DNA of 64,000 bases from Gammaproteobacteria bacterium (GCA_049591615.1 JBAWFD010000078.1:5340-69339); one strand, 5' to 3'; counted from the stretch's first letter, positions 29,021 to 39,391 are shown. A program made the numbers and translations. Notes: a model not told the origin generated them from the letters alone.

Positions 29021-31495
29021 TTAGCCGGTGCGTTTGAATTGTCCCCGGCACATACGCAGCGCGGTGGCCAGTTCCATACCTGTCTGAAAGCGCGCGTCCG
29101 GATTCTTCTGCATCGCGCGTTCCACCACATCCTTGAGTTTGGATGGAATATCCGGCCGCAGGAAAGTCACGTCGGGCGGCGGTGTATGCGAAACTTTGAA
29201 CATCAAGCCGGTCAACGAGGGCGCTTCGAATGGCAGTTCACCGCGCAACAGCTGATACAGCGTAACACCCAGGGAATACAGGTCGCTGCGCCCGTCAGCC
29301 TTCTTGCCAGCCACCTGTTCAGGGGACATATAGGAAGGACTGCCGAGAATCGTGCCGGCGCGCGTGCGGGCGGTGTTGACAAGCGAGGCCACTCCGAAAT
29401 CGGTGATCTTGAGCTGGCCGGTGTTGCGCTCATACATGATATTGGCGGGTTTGATGTCGCGATGTACCACTTGGCGGCTGTGGGCATATTCCAAGGCTTC
29501 CGCAACCTTGATAACCACGGCCATCGTTTCATCGATGGGTAATAGATTTCCCGGTGTGGTGTAGTGTTCCAGCGATTCGCCTGTCAGGTAGTCCATGGCG
29601 ATGTATGCCAGATCCTGCTCCTCACCCACGTCATAGATGGTGACGATATTGGGATGGTTGAGGCGTCCGGCGGTCTCGGCTTCGCGGAAAAACCGTTGCG
29701 AAACGTCTTGTGGAACACCCCCCTCGAATTCATCCTTGAATGACAGGGTCTTGATGGCCACAGTGCGGTTGATTTTCTGATCGCGTCCCAGATACACGAC
29801 GCTCATGGCGCCGCGTCCCAGCTCCTTGATAAGTTCATAGCGTCCCAGCACCGGTTTCTGCAGGCCATTTTCAGGCAGTGAGATATGCGGACCGCGTCGG
29901 CGGGTAATGGTAGTGTGACTATCGATCGCCTGCAATTTTTGCAGACGATCGTCTACATCACCGAACTCCGGCACCAGCCGCTTCATCTCTGTATAGACTT
30001 CCATGGCTGCCGCATAACGGCGATGACGCTCGTGATCATGACCGAGTTGCAACAGGTTTTTATGCAAGGCACCGGAAGGTATGCATTTGGCGTAATGCGT
30101 CAGGGCTTCGTCGAACCGACCGAGCGCCTGGCAGGCGAGCGCCAACTGGCGGTTGGTTTCGGAAAAATCCTCTTGCGATACCCCATGGTGGTCTCTCAGA
30201 TAACGCACCGTCGACACCACAACATGCCCCACTATAAGAAATAGCGCTGGCAGGGTAAGCGGTAGCCATAGACCACGTGTGATCAATGGAATGAATTCGC
30301 CATTCACCAGGACTACCAGCAACAGCACACTCGCGCTGATGCTCAGCCACATGCGTAGACGTGGAACCGCAAACAGAAGATAGATACCCAGCAGCAAGGT
30401 GAGTAGGCCGCGCAACCACCATGCCCAGAATGGCGTGGCCATCAAGTCATCATCGAGGATACTCGACACCATACCGGCTGCTACCAGAGCCTGTGAGTTG
30501 GCCAAATCCGCTGTCAGTCCCACGATTACCGCCTTGCCGGTAAGGGTTTCCGCTGGCACCTTGCCATCCAGCACATCGTCGATTGCATAGACTGGGATCG
30601 CATTGTGATTACGGCCGGCAGCATAGCCACGCGGACGGGCCTGCATATATTGATCGGTGAACAGATATTCGTCCCCCAGGCTGATACCGCCGGTTGCATG
30701 TGGAATGATGTCGCTGTTTTTCAAGCCTAAATCACGTGCCGCTACCAGTAAGGCAAATGAAGGCAGCAGTAGCTCGCCATCACTGACAATCAACGACTGG
30801 GCTCCGGTGAGAGAGGCATCCGGCAAGTAGCCTATGCCATCTGCCGCCTGTCCAAGACGTGAAAGTGGCGCACGTAACTGCACATTGATGGGATTGAAAA
30901 AAATACCGGCGATGCCGATCTGATCTGGATGAGCCACGTTCATTTTGAAAACCAACCACGGCGGCAGATCCGCCACACTGGAACCGGATGCCGATGTAAC
31001 GCGTGCCGCCAGCACTACGTTGCCTGCATTCTGGATGCTTTCCGCAAACGACGCGTCCGTTGCCAGCTCAGTCTGCGCTTGAGAAACCAGGGCTGCCGCT
31101 TCGTGATTTGAACTCACCGCATGCAAGGCGGCAAATTTCTGAAGGTAATCCAGCGCTGCCGTATTCTGGGCGTTATCGAATTCAGGCACGAAGGCGATTA
31201 CCCTGGCTTTGTCAGCAGCCAACTGTGAAGTCAAGTCAGCCAGAATATTACGTGGCCAGGGCCAAGGCCCGTGTTTCTGCAGGGCAGCCGCGTCGATGCC
31301 TACGACCGTCACATCGGCATTGGGCGGATGTTGCGGTACCAGCCACACACCCGCCTCATAGGTCGCGAGCTCCAGCCCACGACCAAACTGAAACACCGCT
31401 GCCACTGCAATCAACAGCGTAACCAGCATGCCGGCTGACAACTTGACTCGGGTACGCGTCACGATATGCCTGCTCTGAGACCTGCCTACACGCAT
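29021..31495 (-). CDS. CHASE2 sensor domain - transmembrane - TPR-like linker - Ser/Thr protein kinase
   Basis: 824 aa with an N-terminal TM helix, a roughly 300-aa extracytoplasmic region and three TM helices. The C-terminal Hanks kinase has GRGAMSVVY, VAIK, HRDIKPANIM, DFGVA and SPSYMSPE. Confidence 0.8.
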   Translation of the reverse strand: MRVGRSQSRHIVTRTRVKLSAGMLVTLLIAVAAVFQFGRGLELATYEAGVWLVPQHPPNADVTVVGIDAAALQKHGPWPWPRNILADLTSQLAADKARVIAFVPEFDNAQNTAALDYLQKFAALHAVSSNHEAAALVSQAQTELATDASFAESIQNAGNVVLAARVTSASGSSVADLPPWLVFKMNVAHPDQIGIAGIFFNPINVQLRAPLSRLGQAADGIGYLPDASLTGAQSLIVSDGELLLPSFALLVAARDLGLKNSDIIPHATGGISLGDEYLFTDQYMQARPRGYAAGRNHNAIPVYAIDDVLDGKVPAETLTGKAVIVGLTADLANSQALVAAGMVSSILDDDLMATPFWAWWLRGLLTLLLGIYLLFAVPRLRMWLSISASVLLLVVLVNGEFIPLITRGLWLPLTLPALFLIVGHVVVSTVRYLRDHHGVSQEDFSETNRQLALACQALGRFDEALTHYAKCIPSGALHKNLLQLGHDHERHRRYAAAMEVYTEMKRLVPEFGDVDDRLQKLQAIDSHTTITRRRGPHISLPENGLQKPVLGRYELIKELGRGAMSVVYLGRDQKINRTVAIKTLSFKDEFEGGVPQDVSQRFFREAETAGRLNHPNIVTIYDVGEEQDLAYIAMDYLTGESLEHYTTPGNLLPIDETMAVVIKVAEALEYAHSRQVVHRDIKPANIMYERNTGQLKITDFGVASLVNTARTRAGTILGSPSYMSPEQVAGKKADGRSDLYSLGVTLYQLLRGELPFEAPSLTGLMFKVSHTPPPDVTFLRPDIPSKLKDVVERAMQKNPDARFQTGMELATALRMCRGQFKRTG

Positions 31496-31595
31496 GCCCC
31501 TGCCTCAAACCAGCGAGCGGCCTGCACACGCCTTAGATTATGCAAAATAGCTTATCCGAGATTCAATCGCTTTGATACAGGCTGACTGATAGCCA

Positions 31596-32036
31596 TTAGC
31601 GCCGGGATTCGGTGCGCTTCTTGAGAGCGCGGTTGAAAGCTGCAAAGTCGCTCTCAACCGGTGGATCAAGCCACTGCCCAAAAAACAACGTGAGTAAACC
31701 ACCATATTCCTCGGTTTGACGTACCCGCGTATGACCGCCGAACTGATATTCGAGAGCGAATTCATGTTCCCGATCGAGTAACCCGGGTAACCACAGATGT
31801 TCCATCCAACGCAAGCTACGCGGCGGTGTAGCCTGCAACACCATAGACTTGAATTCACGCGTTTGACCATTTGCAGCCATCTGCGTCACATATAGATAAG
31901 AGCCCGGTACCGCCCGCCCGTCGATGCTCAGTAGATACCTGCTCCATTCCGAGTATCTGGGGAAATCCATCAGCACCTCCCAGACTTTTTCGGGTGGTGC
32001 GTGGATGTCAATGCTGGCTTTGATGACGCGTTTCAT
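31596..32036 (-). CDS. SRPBCC (polyketide cyclase/START-like) family protein
   Basis: 146 aa. The N-terminus IKASIDIHAPPEKVWEVLMDFPRYSEW is typical of Polyketide_cyc2/SRPBCC proteins. Confidence 0.7.
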   Translation of the reverse strand: MKRVIKASIDIHAPPEKVWEVLMDFPRYSEWSRYLLSIDGRAVPGSYLYVTQMAANGQTREFKSMVLQATPPRSLRWMEHLWLPGLLDREHEFALEYQFGGHTRVRQTEEYGGLLTLFFGQWLDPPVESDFAAFNRALKKRTESRR

Positions 32037-32470
32037 TACGATTGTATTTTGATGCTATGCAGCCGCAGACTGTGCACAAAATCACGCAGGTTGCGGCCGG
32101 TATTCGCCGCCAACAGCAAAACCAGACCGGCGAAATTGTTGAAGTTGCCACTCATACCTATGAGCACGATCACCAGCATGCTCAACAGCAGCGGCAGTCC
32201 GACAGTGATCAACACCCTGGGCGCCTGTAACGCATAGCTTTGCGCTATAGGCTGTTCCGCCCGGCGCGGTGCCAAAGCAAAAAAGATAGCGGCGATCATA
32301 GGCACGAATGCCGTAAATATTAGCACCGTGAGATTTGCATGCCCGCTGGGTAACCAGACTAGTGCCTGCACTAATACCAAGGCGGTGCCCACAAGGCCCA
32401 ACAGGGTGGCTGCCAATTGCAGACTGGTTTCTGAAATTGACAGGTGAGTAGAGGCTGGAATGTTGGGCAT
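32036..32470 (-). CDS. Hypothetical membrane protein (4 predicted TM)
   Basis: 144-aa hydrophobic ORF. Its stop overlaps the SRPBCC start by 1 nt and it starts 2 nt after the upstream gene. Confidence 0.55.
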   Translation of the reverse strand: MPNIPASTHLSISETSLQLAATLLGLVGTALVLVQALVWLPSGHANLTVLIFTAFVPMIAAIFFALAPRRAEQPIAQSYALQAPRVLITVGLPLLLSMLVIVLIGMSGNFNNFAGLVLLLAANTGRNLRDFVHSLRLHSIKIQS

Positions 32471-32472
32471 GG

Positions 32473-32817
32473 CTATGCGTGCACATAGCCGACGATCATA
32501 AGCGCCAGCGCGACTGCGGCGAACCCCGCGTGCAGACTCACTACCAGCCCAGGCAACGGCTGGCGTCCGGCGCGGAAACCAAACAGCAGCAGACCGCCGG
32601 TGGCAGTCAGCATGAGCAATACCGTGGCGGCATTCACCGGCGTGTTGTGGGGGAAATGCAGGTCAAAGATCACCAGCAGCACGATGAGCGTGATACCGGC
32701 AATCCCGTGCAGGCTGCTGATTATCAGCGGCAACTGCCGTCCGCGCATACCCCCTATCGCGAACAGGATTCCAGCGAGCATCACGCACAACAGCAGAATC
32801 AAGAGCGCCAGCAGCAT
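32473..32817 (-). CDS. Hypothetical membrane protein (4 predicted TM, internally duplicated)
   Basis: 114 aa. The two halves each contain an SLH(G/A) motif followed by a TM helix (SLHGIAGITLIVLLV / SLHAGFAAVALALMIV). Confidence 0.55.
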   Translation of the reverse strand: MLLALLILLLCVMLAGILFAIGGMRGRQLPLIISSLHGIAGITLIVLLVIFDLHFPHNTPVNAATVLLMLTATGGLLLFGFRAGRQPLPGLVVSLHAGFAAVALALMIVGYVHA

Positions 32818-32878
32818 GCGGTTTTACCCATCGAAGGGACGCCAATGATAACGACCCACCATTGGCTTGCAAGCCTGC

Positions 32879-34231
32879 TCAGAATTTGCCGGTGTAGATC
32901 ACTCGCCATATGCGCCCATGCTGGGTATCACCGATATAGAGCGCGCCGTCGGGCCCCTGAGCAAGCCCCATGGGGCGGTAGTGTGCGGTGTTTGGAGTAA
33001 GAATGGGCGTTTCACCCGCGAAACCATCCGCGAATATCTGATAGCCACCGGGAGGCCGCCGCCCATTGAATGGCACGAACACCACTTTGTAGCCAGCCTG
33101 CGGCAACGGCGCGCGGTTCCAGGAGCCATGGAAACTGATGAATGCACCCTTGCGATAAACCGTGGGAAACAAATTGCCGCTATAGAACAGCACTGCTTCC
33201 GGTGCCCAGTGTCCCGGAAACGAAAGCAGCGGCAGGCCGTAGCTGGCACAGTCACCCGACTTTTTACCATCGCCGCCATATTCAGGCGCCAGCACCCGCT
33301 TGTTTTGCAGCTGGTCATAGTAGCAATAGGGCCAGCCGAAATTTTCGCCGCGGTGGATCAGGATAAATTCCTCGGCTGGCAACTCAGCGCTTTGCTGTGC
33401 GCTATACAGTTTTGGCCAATTATCGTAAAGCTGGTCGCGGCCCATGAGTACCGCATACAGAGCACCCGCCTCTGCATTCCAGGTGATGGCCACCGCATTA
33501 CGGATGCCAGTGGCGAAACGGCTGCCGTCCTTGCCAAATACCTGGTTGAGTTTATCGGCGTCAAAATCCCAAATGCCGCCGTGCTGCGCCAGCAACGGAC
33601 ATGGATTGATTCCCGGTGAGCCTGGCAACCGATCTTCACGCTGACAGGCGTTGGAAGGCGCCCCCACGTTTACATACAGATGCCCTGCACCGTCGAGCGC
33701 AATGGTTTTGGGCGAATGTTCATGTTGCTCCGGAAAACCGTTGACCACCACCTGCGGATGCGGGTCTGGGAGAAGCTGACCGGGCAATAATTTATAACGC
33801 AGTACCTCGGTATTACTGGCGAAATACAGGTAACCGTTATGGATGCCGATCCCGGTTCCGGACTTTGTGCCGAAATACCTAACCATATTTGCATGGCCGT
33901 CGCCGGTGGTGTCGCGCAACGCCACGATGCCATCGCCGTCATGCAGCGATTGCAGCGCCACATATACGTCGCCGTTGCTGCTGATCACCATGTGGCGGGC
34001 GACGCCGAGATCATCTGCAAACACCGTGGCACAGAACCCCGCTGGCAGCGTGATCCCGCCATTATTCAGGTCGCACTGCAGCGCATTTTTGGCCATCACC
34101 GGCTGCAACAGCATCACTGCCAAGCATGCAAGTAGGGCAATCAGGCGCGTATCGATTAGCGGCCTTCTCTTATATGTGGACATTGTTTTGGGTAGCATTC
34201 TGAGTAAACCATTATCCTGCACGGATATCAC
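32879..34231 (-). CDS. PQQ-dependent sugar (glucose/sorbosone) dehydrogenase-like beta-propeller, periplasmic
   Basis: Signal peptide LIALLACLAVMLLQPVMA, a propeller and the C-terminal ...ALYIGDTQHGRIWRV typical of the GSDH family. The start is uncertain: GTG at 34231 overlaps the upstream stop, and ATGs lie at 34198 and 34183. Confidence 0.7.
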   Translation of the reverse strand: MISVQDNGLLRMLPKTMSTYKRRPLIDTRLIALLACLAVMLLQPVMAKNALQCDLNNGGITLPAGFCATVFADDLGVARHMVISSNGDVYVALQSLHDGDGIVALRDTTGDGHANMVRYFGTKSGTGIGIHNGYLYFASNTEVLRYKLLPGQLLPDPHPQVVVNGFPEQHEHSPKTIALDGAGHLYVNVGAPSNACQREDRLPGSPGINPCPLLAQHGGIWDFDADKLNQVFGKDGSRFATGIRNAVAITWNAEAGALYAVLMGRDQLYDNWPKLYSAQQSAELPAEEFILIHRGENFGWPYCYYDQLQNKRVLAPEYGGDGKKSGDCASYGLPLLSFPGHWAPEAVLFYSGNLFPTVYRKGAFISFHGSWNRAPLPQAGYKVVFVPFNGRRPPGGYQIFADGFAGETPILTPNTAHYRPMGLAQGPDGALYIGDTQHGRIWRVIYTGKF

Positions 34232-34815
34232 TGAATGGTGAACGGTACCAGTGTTGAAATATACACACTAGGTACCAGCTGATCCGAGGTCGGGATCCCT
34301 GTGGGCATGCAGGTGCTGCTGGTCGATGTGCTGGAAGAACTTGAAGAACTACTGTTGTTAGTGCAAGTCATGCCGCCGATCACTTCGTATGAACCTGTGG
34401 GTACAGGTTGATCGGTATCGTCGACCTGGTCCCAAGTGACGGTGAATGTCTGTGTCTCGCCCGCCGCGAATGTCAGGCTGGTGGTGCTCTGGGTAAACGA
34501 TTGTCCCAGCGACCAAGTCCACGCCTCCGTGGCGGTGCCGCTGTCCAGCACTTCGAAGTTGTACTTTTGTGCGGTACTGAAGGAGATTGTCTGGCTTGAG
34601 CTGGTGCGGTTGCGCACGCTTAATACAAACTGGATCTCTGCACCCTGGGAAAAGCTGCTGGCAGCATTGCCGTTGGCATCCTCGACGGCAAGCGTGGTCA
34701 CAAATATAGGGCCATCAGAGTTGGTGCCGTCATTGGTAGTGTTCTGGCATTGGGTGCTGCCCAGCAACATCCCGGCAAGCAGCAGACCGAACAGTGCTCG
34801 CAGCACCCGCATCAT
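34228..34815 (-). CDS. Secreted BsuPI-like (proteinase-inhibitor fold) protein with Cys-flanked poly-Ser tail
   Basis: Signal peptide MMRVLRALFGLLLAGMLLG. The core YNFEVLDSG...WTWS...FTQ...LTFAAGETQTFTVTWDQ resembles the BsuPI domain pattern. A segment C-TNNSSSSSSSSTSTSST-C follows. Confidence 0.55.
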   Translation of the reverse strand: MMRVLRALFGLLLAGMLLGSTQCQNTTNDGTNSDGPIFVTTLAVEDANGNAASSFSQGAEIQFVLSVRNRTSSSQTISFSTAQKYNFEVLDSGTATEAWTWSLGQSFTQSTTSLTFAAGETQTFTVTWDQVDDTDQPVPTGSYEVIGGMTCTNNSSSSSSSSTSTSSTCMPTGIPTSDQLVPSVYISTLVPFTIQ

Positions 34816-34980
34816 TTAGCTTCACCTCTGCGGTAGAACGGCTAGATAGTATAGCGCTAGTGATGCTGTGCAGCTGTGTCACTTATGTCACTGACTGGTG
34901 TGGAATCATCGGTATAAGCAGCACGAATGTTATGATTGCGCGATCGGGGAATCGACCTGATTCATGGGTATTCCACGGGT

Positions 34981-36999
34981 ATGGAACACACTACCCTACG
35001 CTCGATTTTGATCCTGCTGGCCGTAGCGGTGTTGGTGGTGGCAGCGCTCAAGCGCGTGAAACTGCCCACCATCATCGCTTACCTGGCTACCGGCTTTCTG
35101 GTCGGGCCGCATGGTCTTGGATGGATAGCCGACTCGACAGACACCCGTGAGCTGGCGGAATTCGGCGTGGTGTTCCTGCTGTTCACCCTGGGACTGGAAT
35201 TCTCGCTGCCGCGGCTCATCGTCATGCGCAAGGCGGTGTTCGTCCTCGGCGGCTTGCAAGTGCTGTTGACCACTGCCGGGACCGCCTTGGCAGCCTGGCT
35301 GTTCGGCGCACAGGCGCCGGTAGCGGTGGTGATCGGCGGTGCGTTCGCCATGTCCTCCACCGCCATCGTGGTGAAACAGCTGGCGGAGCAGAACGAACTT
35401 AATCTGCAGCATGGACGGCTGGCCATCGCGGTGTTGCTATTCCAGGACCTGGCAGTCATCCCCTTCCTGATCCTGATACCGGGTCTCGCTCATGGCATCG
35501 GTACACAGTTCGCCGCCGAACTGCTTTGGACTTTCGCCAAGGGCGCATTCGCGGTGATCGTGATCCTGGCTTTTGGCCGCTGGCTGCTCAGACCGCTGTT
35601 CCACCAGATCGCCACCACCCGTTCCGCGGAACTGTTCACGCTGGCGGTGCTGTTGTTCACGCTCGCGGCTTCGTGGAGTACCGCAGTACTCGGTCTGTCG
35701 CTGGCACTCGGTGCCTTCCTGGCCGGCATGATGCTGGCCGAGACCGAGTACCGGCACCAGGTGGAAGCCGACATCCGCCCGTTCCGGGACATCCTGCTGG
35801 GATTGTTCTTCGTCACCGTCGGCATGCTGCTCAACCCGCACACCATATTGCATCACTGGCGACTGCTGATCGTGAGCGTGATCGCACTGATGCTGTTCAA
35901 GACCGGACTGGTGGCGCTGCTGGCGCGTCTTATGGGCAGCGACCGGGCCAGCGCATTGCGCACCGGTATGGCACTCAATCAGGGTGGCGAGTTCGGCTTC
36001 GCGTTGCTGGCGCTAGGGCTGGCGCAGGCGGTGATACGCCCGGCGCATGCGGAATTCGGATTGGCAGTGATCGTACTGAGCATGCTGGCGAGTCCCTTCT
36101 GCCTGCGCTATAGCGGGTTGCTGGCTGCACGCCTGTTCCCACAGGACGACACCGCAGATGCACAAGACCGGTTGCAGCACGATATCGGCCGACAGCAATT
36201 GCGGCTCGAGAACCATGTGCTGCTGGTGGGTTACGGACGCGTCGGCCAGAACGTGGCGCGTTTCCTGGAGCCCGCGGGTTTCAGTTTCGTGGCCCTGGAT
36301 CTGGATCCGGTTCGCGTCAAACACGCGCGCGAAGCCGGCGACCCAGTGTATTACGGCGACGGCACCAACCCGGTGATGCTCAGGGCTGCGGGACTAGAAC
36401 GCGCCCGCATCGTGGTGATCACCTACTTCAGTATTCCGGTGGCGCTCAAGATACTGGAGCACGTAAAAAAAATGCGCCCGGATATACCGGTGCTGATCCG
36501 TACCCGCGACGATGCCGAGCTGGATAAACTCATGCAGGCGGGCGCCACCGAGGTGATCCCAGAGACCATGGAATCCAGTCTCATGGTGGCCTCGCACCTG
36601 CTGCACCTGCTGGGCATGCCCATGGGTGAGATCCAGCGCAAGGTGGAGGAAGTGCGTAGCCATCGCTACAGCCTGTTGCGCAGCGTGTTCCGCGGCCAGG
36701 ATGCCTTGCCGATCGATCCCAGACATGCCTTTCGCGAACAGCTCTACACTGTGACGCTCGAAGCCGGCGCCAAAGCCATCAACCACAGTATTGGAGAATT
36801 CAACTTTAAGGATAAAGGTGTAGTGGTGACTGCGCTGCGTCGCGAAGGTGTGGTTGGGCGACAACCTCCGAAAGAAACCCTATTGAAGGAAGGTGATGTC
36901 CTGGTGTTGTGGGGCAACCCTGAAGATTTGGAAAATGCCGAGGACATCCTGCTACGCGGACTGCGTCCCGCGGCCAGTCCTGTCAAAGACACCGCATGA
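34981..36999 (+). CDS. CPA2 family monovalent cation:proton antiporter with TrkA-N/TrkA-C (RCK) domains (KefB/YbaL-like)
   Basis: Polytopic Na_H_Exchanger-type N-half, then a Rossmann motif [14 protein letters not shown] and a C-terminal TrkA-C-like segment. I set the start at ATG 34981 ([15 protein letters not shown]). Confidence 0.85.
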   Translation: MEHTTLRSILILLAVAVLVVAALKRVKLPTIIAYLATGFLVGPHGLGWIADSTDTRELAEFGVVFLLFTLGLEFSLPRLIVMRKAVFVLGGLQVLLTTAGTALAAWLFGAQAPVAVVIGGAFAMSSTAIVVKQLAEQNELNLQHGRLAIAVLLFQDLAVIPFLILIPGLAHGIGTQFAAELLWTFAKGAFAVIVILAFGRWLLRPLFHQIATTRSAELFTLAVLLFTLAASWSTAVLGLSLALGAFLAGMMLAETEYRHQVEADIRPFRDILLGLFFVTVGMLLNPHTILHHWRLLIVSVIALMLFKTGLVALLARLMGSDRASALRTGMALNQGGEFGFALLALGLAQAVIRPAHAEFGLAVIVLSMLASPFCLRYSGLLAARLFPQDDTADAQDRLQHDIGRQQLRLENHVLLVGYGRVGQNVARFLEPAGFSFVALDLDPVRVKHAREAGDPVYYGDGTNPVMLRAAGLERARIVVITYFSIPVALKILEHVKKMRPDIPVLIRTRDDAELDKLMQAGATEVIPETMESSLMVASHLLHLLGMPMGEIQRKVEEVRSHRYSLLRSVFRGQDALPIDPRHAFREQLYTVTLEAGAKAINHSIGEFNFKDKGVVVTALRREGVVGRQPPKETLLKEGDVLVLWGNPEDLENAEDILLRGLRPAASPVKDTA

Positions 37000-38180
37000 T
37001 CAAAATCGGCACGCCACTCACCGCCAACGCCACCCGCTTACTGATGCTGGGCTCGGGAGAACTCGGCAAGGAAGTCACCATCGAGGCGCAGCGTTTTGGC
37101 GTGGAAGTCATCGCCGTGGACCGCTATGCGCACGCGCCCGCCATGCAGGTGGCGCACCGCTCGCATGTCATCAACATGCTGGACGGCGCGGAAGTGCGGC
37201 GGGTGGTGGAGCTGGAAAGGCCGCATTACATCGTGCCGGAACTGGAAGCCATCGCCACACCCACCTTGCTGGAACTGGAGAAGCAGGGCTGGACCGTAAT
37301 CCCCACGGCCCGCACCGTACGGCTCACCATGGACCGGGAAGGTATCCGGCGGCTGGTGGCGGAAGAACTGAAGCTGCAAACCTCGCCGTACCGGTTTGCC
37401 GACAGTCCCGAAGAATTCCAAGCAGCTGTCAAAACCATAGGCCTGCCCTGCGTGGTCAAACCGGTGATGAGTTCCTCCGGGAAAGGACAGAGCGTCATCC
37501 ACAAACCATCCGAAATCGAGGCTGCCTGGCAGTACGCGCAGATGGGCGGTCGCAGTGGCCAGGGCCGTGTGATTGTGGAAGGTTTCGTGGATTTCGATTA
37601 CGAGATCACGCTGCTCACAGTACGGCATGCGAGCGGCACGAATTACTGTGAGCCCGTCGGTCATCGTCAGGAACAGGGTGATTATCGTGAATCCTGGCAG
37701 CCCCAGCCCATGTCGCCGAAAGCCCTGGCCGAGGTGCGGCGCATGGCTCAGACCATTTCCGACAATCTGGGTGGCCGTGGTATTTTCGGCATGGAGTTCT
37801 TCATCAAGAAGGACGAAGTCTGGTTCAGTGAAGTCTCGCCACGGCCGCACGACACCGGATTGGTGACCCTGATCTCGCAGGATCTGTCCGAATTTGCACT
37901 GCACGTACGCGCCATCCTCGGTCTACCGATTCCCGTGATCCGTCAATTTGGACCGGCAGCCTCCGCGGTAATCCTGCCACAGGGTGACTCCGACGGCCCG
38001 CTGTTTGAGAATGTGGATGGCGCCCTCATGGAGCCGGACACCATGCTCCGATTGTTCGGCAAGCCGCAGATCCGCGGCCACCGGCGTATGGGCGTGACCC
38101 TGGCGCGCGCCGATAGCATCGCGGCAGCCCGTGACAAGGCCCGGCGTGCGGCCGCGGCGATCAAGGTGCATATGAAGTAA
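36996..38180 (+). CDS. purT: Formate-dependent phosphoribosylglycinamide formyltransferase
   Basis: 394 aa of the ATP-grasp fold. The N-terminus [31 protein letters not shown] is characteristic of PurT. Its ATG overlaps the upstream stop (ATGA at 36996-36999). Confidence 0.92.
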   Translation: MIKIGTPLTANATRLLMLGSGELGKEVTIEAQRFGVEVIAVDRYAHAPAMQVAHRSHVINMLDGAEVRRVVELERPHYIVPELEAIATPTLLELEKQGWTVIPTARTVRLTMDREGIRRLVAEELKLQTSPYRFADSPEEFQAAVKTIGLPCVVKPVMSSSGKGQSVIHKPSEIEAAWQYAQMGGRSGQGRVIVEGFVDFDYEITLLTVRHASGTNYCEPVGHRQEQGDYRESWQPQPMSPKALAEVRRMAQTISDNLGGRGIFGMEFFIKKDEVWFSEVSPRPHDTGLVTLISQDLSEFALHVRAILGLPIPVIRQFGPAASAVILPQGDSDGPLFENVDGALMEPDTMLRLFGKPQIRGHRRMGVTLARADSIAAARDKARRAAAAIKVHMK

Positions 38181-38230
38181 GCGCGCCAGCGAACCCCCAG
38201 ATGATCAATTCTTAATATTAAGGAGCACGC

Positions 38231-38716
38231 ATGCCTTCATTCGATGTGGTATCAAATGTTGCAACCGACGAACTCACCAATACCACCGATCAGGTGAGCC
38301 GCGAGATTGGCACACGCTATGACTTCAAGGGTACCAGCGCCCAGATCGAGCGCCAGGATGACATACTGACATTGTTCGCCGACAGTGAGTTCCAGCTCAA
38401 ACAGATACAGGACATCCTGTATCAGCGCGCCGCCAAACGTGGCATCGACGTAGCCAGCTTCGATCCCCAGAAGATCGAGGCTATCGGTGGCGACAAAGCC
38501 AAGCAATGCATCCAAGTCAAACAGGGTATCGACAAGGAATTGGCCAAGAAAATCGTGCGGCTCATCAAGGATAGCGGCCTGAAGGTGCAAGCTGCCATTC
38601 AGGGCGAGGAAGTGCGTGTCTCCGGCAAGAAACGCGATGACCTGCAGGCTGCCATCGCGTTATTGCGCAGCGCGAAACTGGGACAGCCGGTACAGTTCGT
38701 GAATTTCCGCGACTAA
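38231..38716 (+). CDS. yajQ: YajQ family nucleotide/cyclic-di-GMP-binding protein
   Basis: 161 aa starting MPSFDVVS, the conserved YajQ N-terminus, and ending FVNFRD. AAGGAG SD upstream. Confidence 0.9.
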   Translation: MPSFDVVSNVATDELTNTTDQVSREIGTRYDFKGTSAQIERQDDILTLFADSEFQLKQIQDILYQRAAKRGIDVASFDPQKIEAIGGDKAKQCIQVKQGIDKELAKKIVRLIKDSGLKVQAAIQGEEVRVSGKKRDDLQAAIALLRSAKLGQPVQFVNFRD

Positions 38717-39324
38717 GCTTGCGGCATGCTGCTCGTAAACGATGGCCGCAGCGACAGCTGATCGAAATGCCGGCCGAGGTTAGAGTGATTTTTACGCCAG
38801 TCCAGTTCCGGTAGCCGGAAGATAAGCCAGCCGAGCGCGCAACCCAGGGCGATATCGGCGAGCGTGAAGCGGCCAGCCACGCACCGATCATTGTCACCCA
38901 GATCCTTTTCCATCACTTCGAGTCCCGTCATGACTTTCCCACGCTGGCGCGCCAGCCATTTTTCGCTGCGCTGAGCGGGTTCCCGCTGGGTATGCTCGAG
39001 GCGCATGAGCACGCCGGCGTCCAAGACACCGTCCGCCAGCGCCTCCCAGCGGCGTGTCTCGATGCGTTCCACCAGCGAAGATGGGATCAGGCTATTAACG
39101 GGTGAGAACGAATCCAGGTATTCGCAGATCACCCGCGAGTCGTAGAGTGTTCTGTTATCGTCGAGCAGCAGGCACGGCACCTTGCCTAGGGGGTTGTTGC
39201 TCTGGATTTTGGTATCGGCCGCCCACACATCTTCCTGCAACAACAGGCAGTCGATATCTTTCTCCGCGAGTACCACGCGCACCTTGCGCACATAGGGACT
39301 CGACAATGAACCGATGAGTTTCAC
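38713..39324 (-). CDS. Glutathione S-transferase
   Basis: 203 aa with a thioredoxin-like N-domain (KLIGSLSSPYVRKVRVVLAEK) and a helical C-domain. GTG start. Confidence 0.8.
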   Translation of the reverse strand: MKLIGSLSSPYVRKVRVVLAEKDIDCLLLQEDVWAADTKIQSNNPLGKVPCLLLDDNRTLYDSRVICEYLDSFSPVNSLIPSSLVERIETRRWEALADGVLDAGVLMRLEHTQREPAQRSEKWLARQRGKVMTGLEVMEKDLGDNDRCVAGRFTLADIALGCALGWLIFRLPELDWRKNHSNLGRHFDQLSLRPSFTSSMPQA

Positions 39325-39391
39325 AGTATGGCCATCGCAAACATGAGAAGATCGGCGCTTGATAGCTTCATAAACAGCGCAGTCATTGTGC

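Noticed and set aside
34300-34350. Poly-serine coding stretch as a possible DNA tandem repeat or contingency locus
   Set aside because: The DNA uses mixed Ser/Thr codons (agt/agc/tct/tcc/tcg/acc...) rather than a perfect short tandem repeat. Slipped-strand phase variation is therefore unlikely, and I kept it only as a protein-level feature.
37038-37904. 288-aa minus-strand ORF inside purT
   Set aside because: It is antisense to a high-confidence purT. The same reasoning applies to similar long antisense ORFs: 5591-6355 (in parB), 48598-49515 (in fadE), 32867-33619 (in the PQQ dehydrogenase), 23575-24249 (in prpD), 58927-59625 (in the GltS-like gene) and 22354-23142. None has a recognisable motif.
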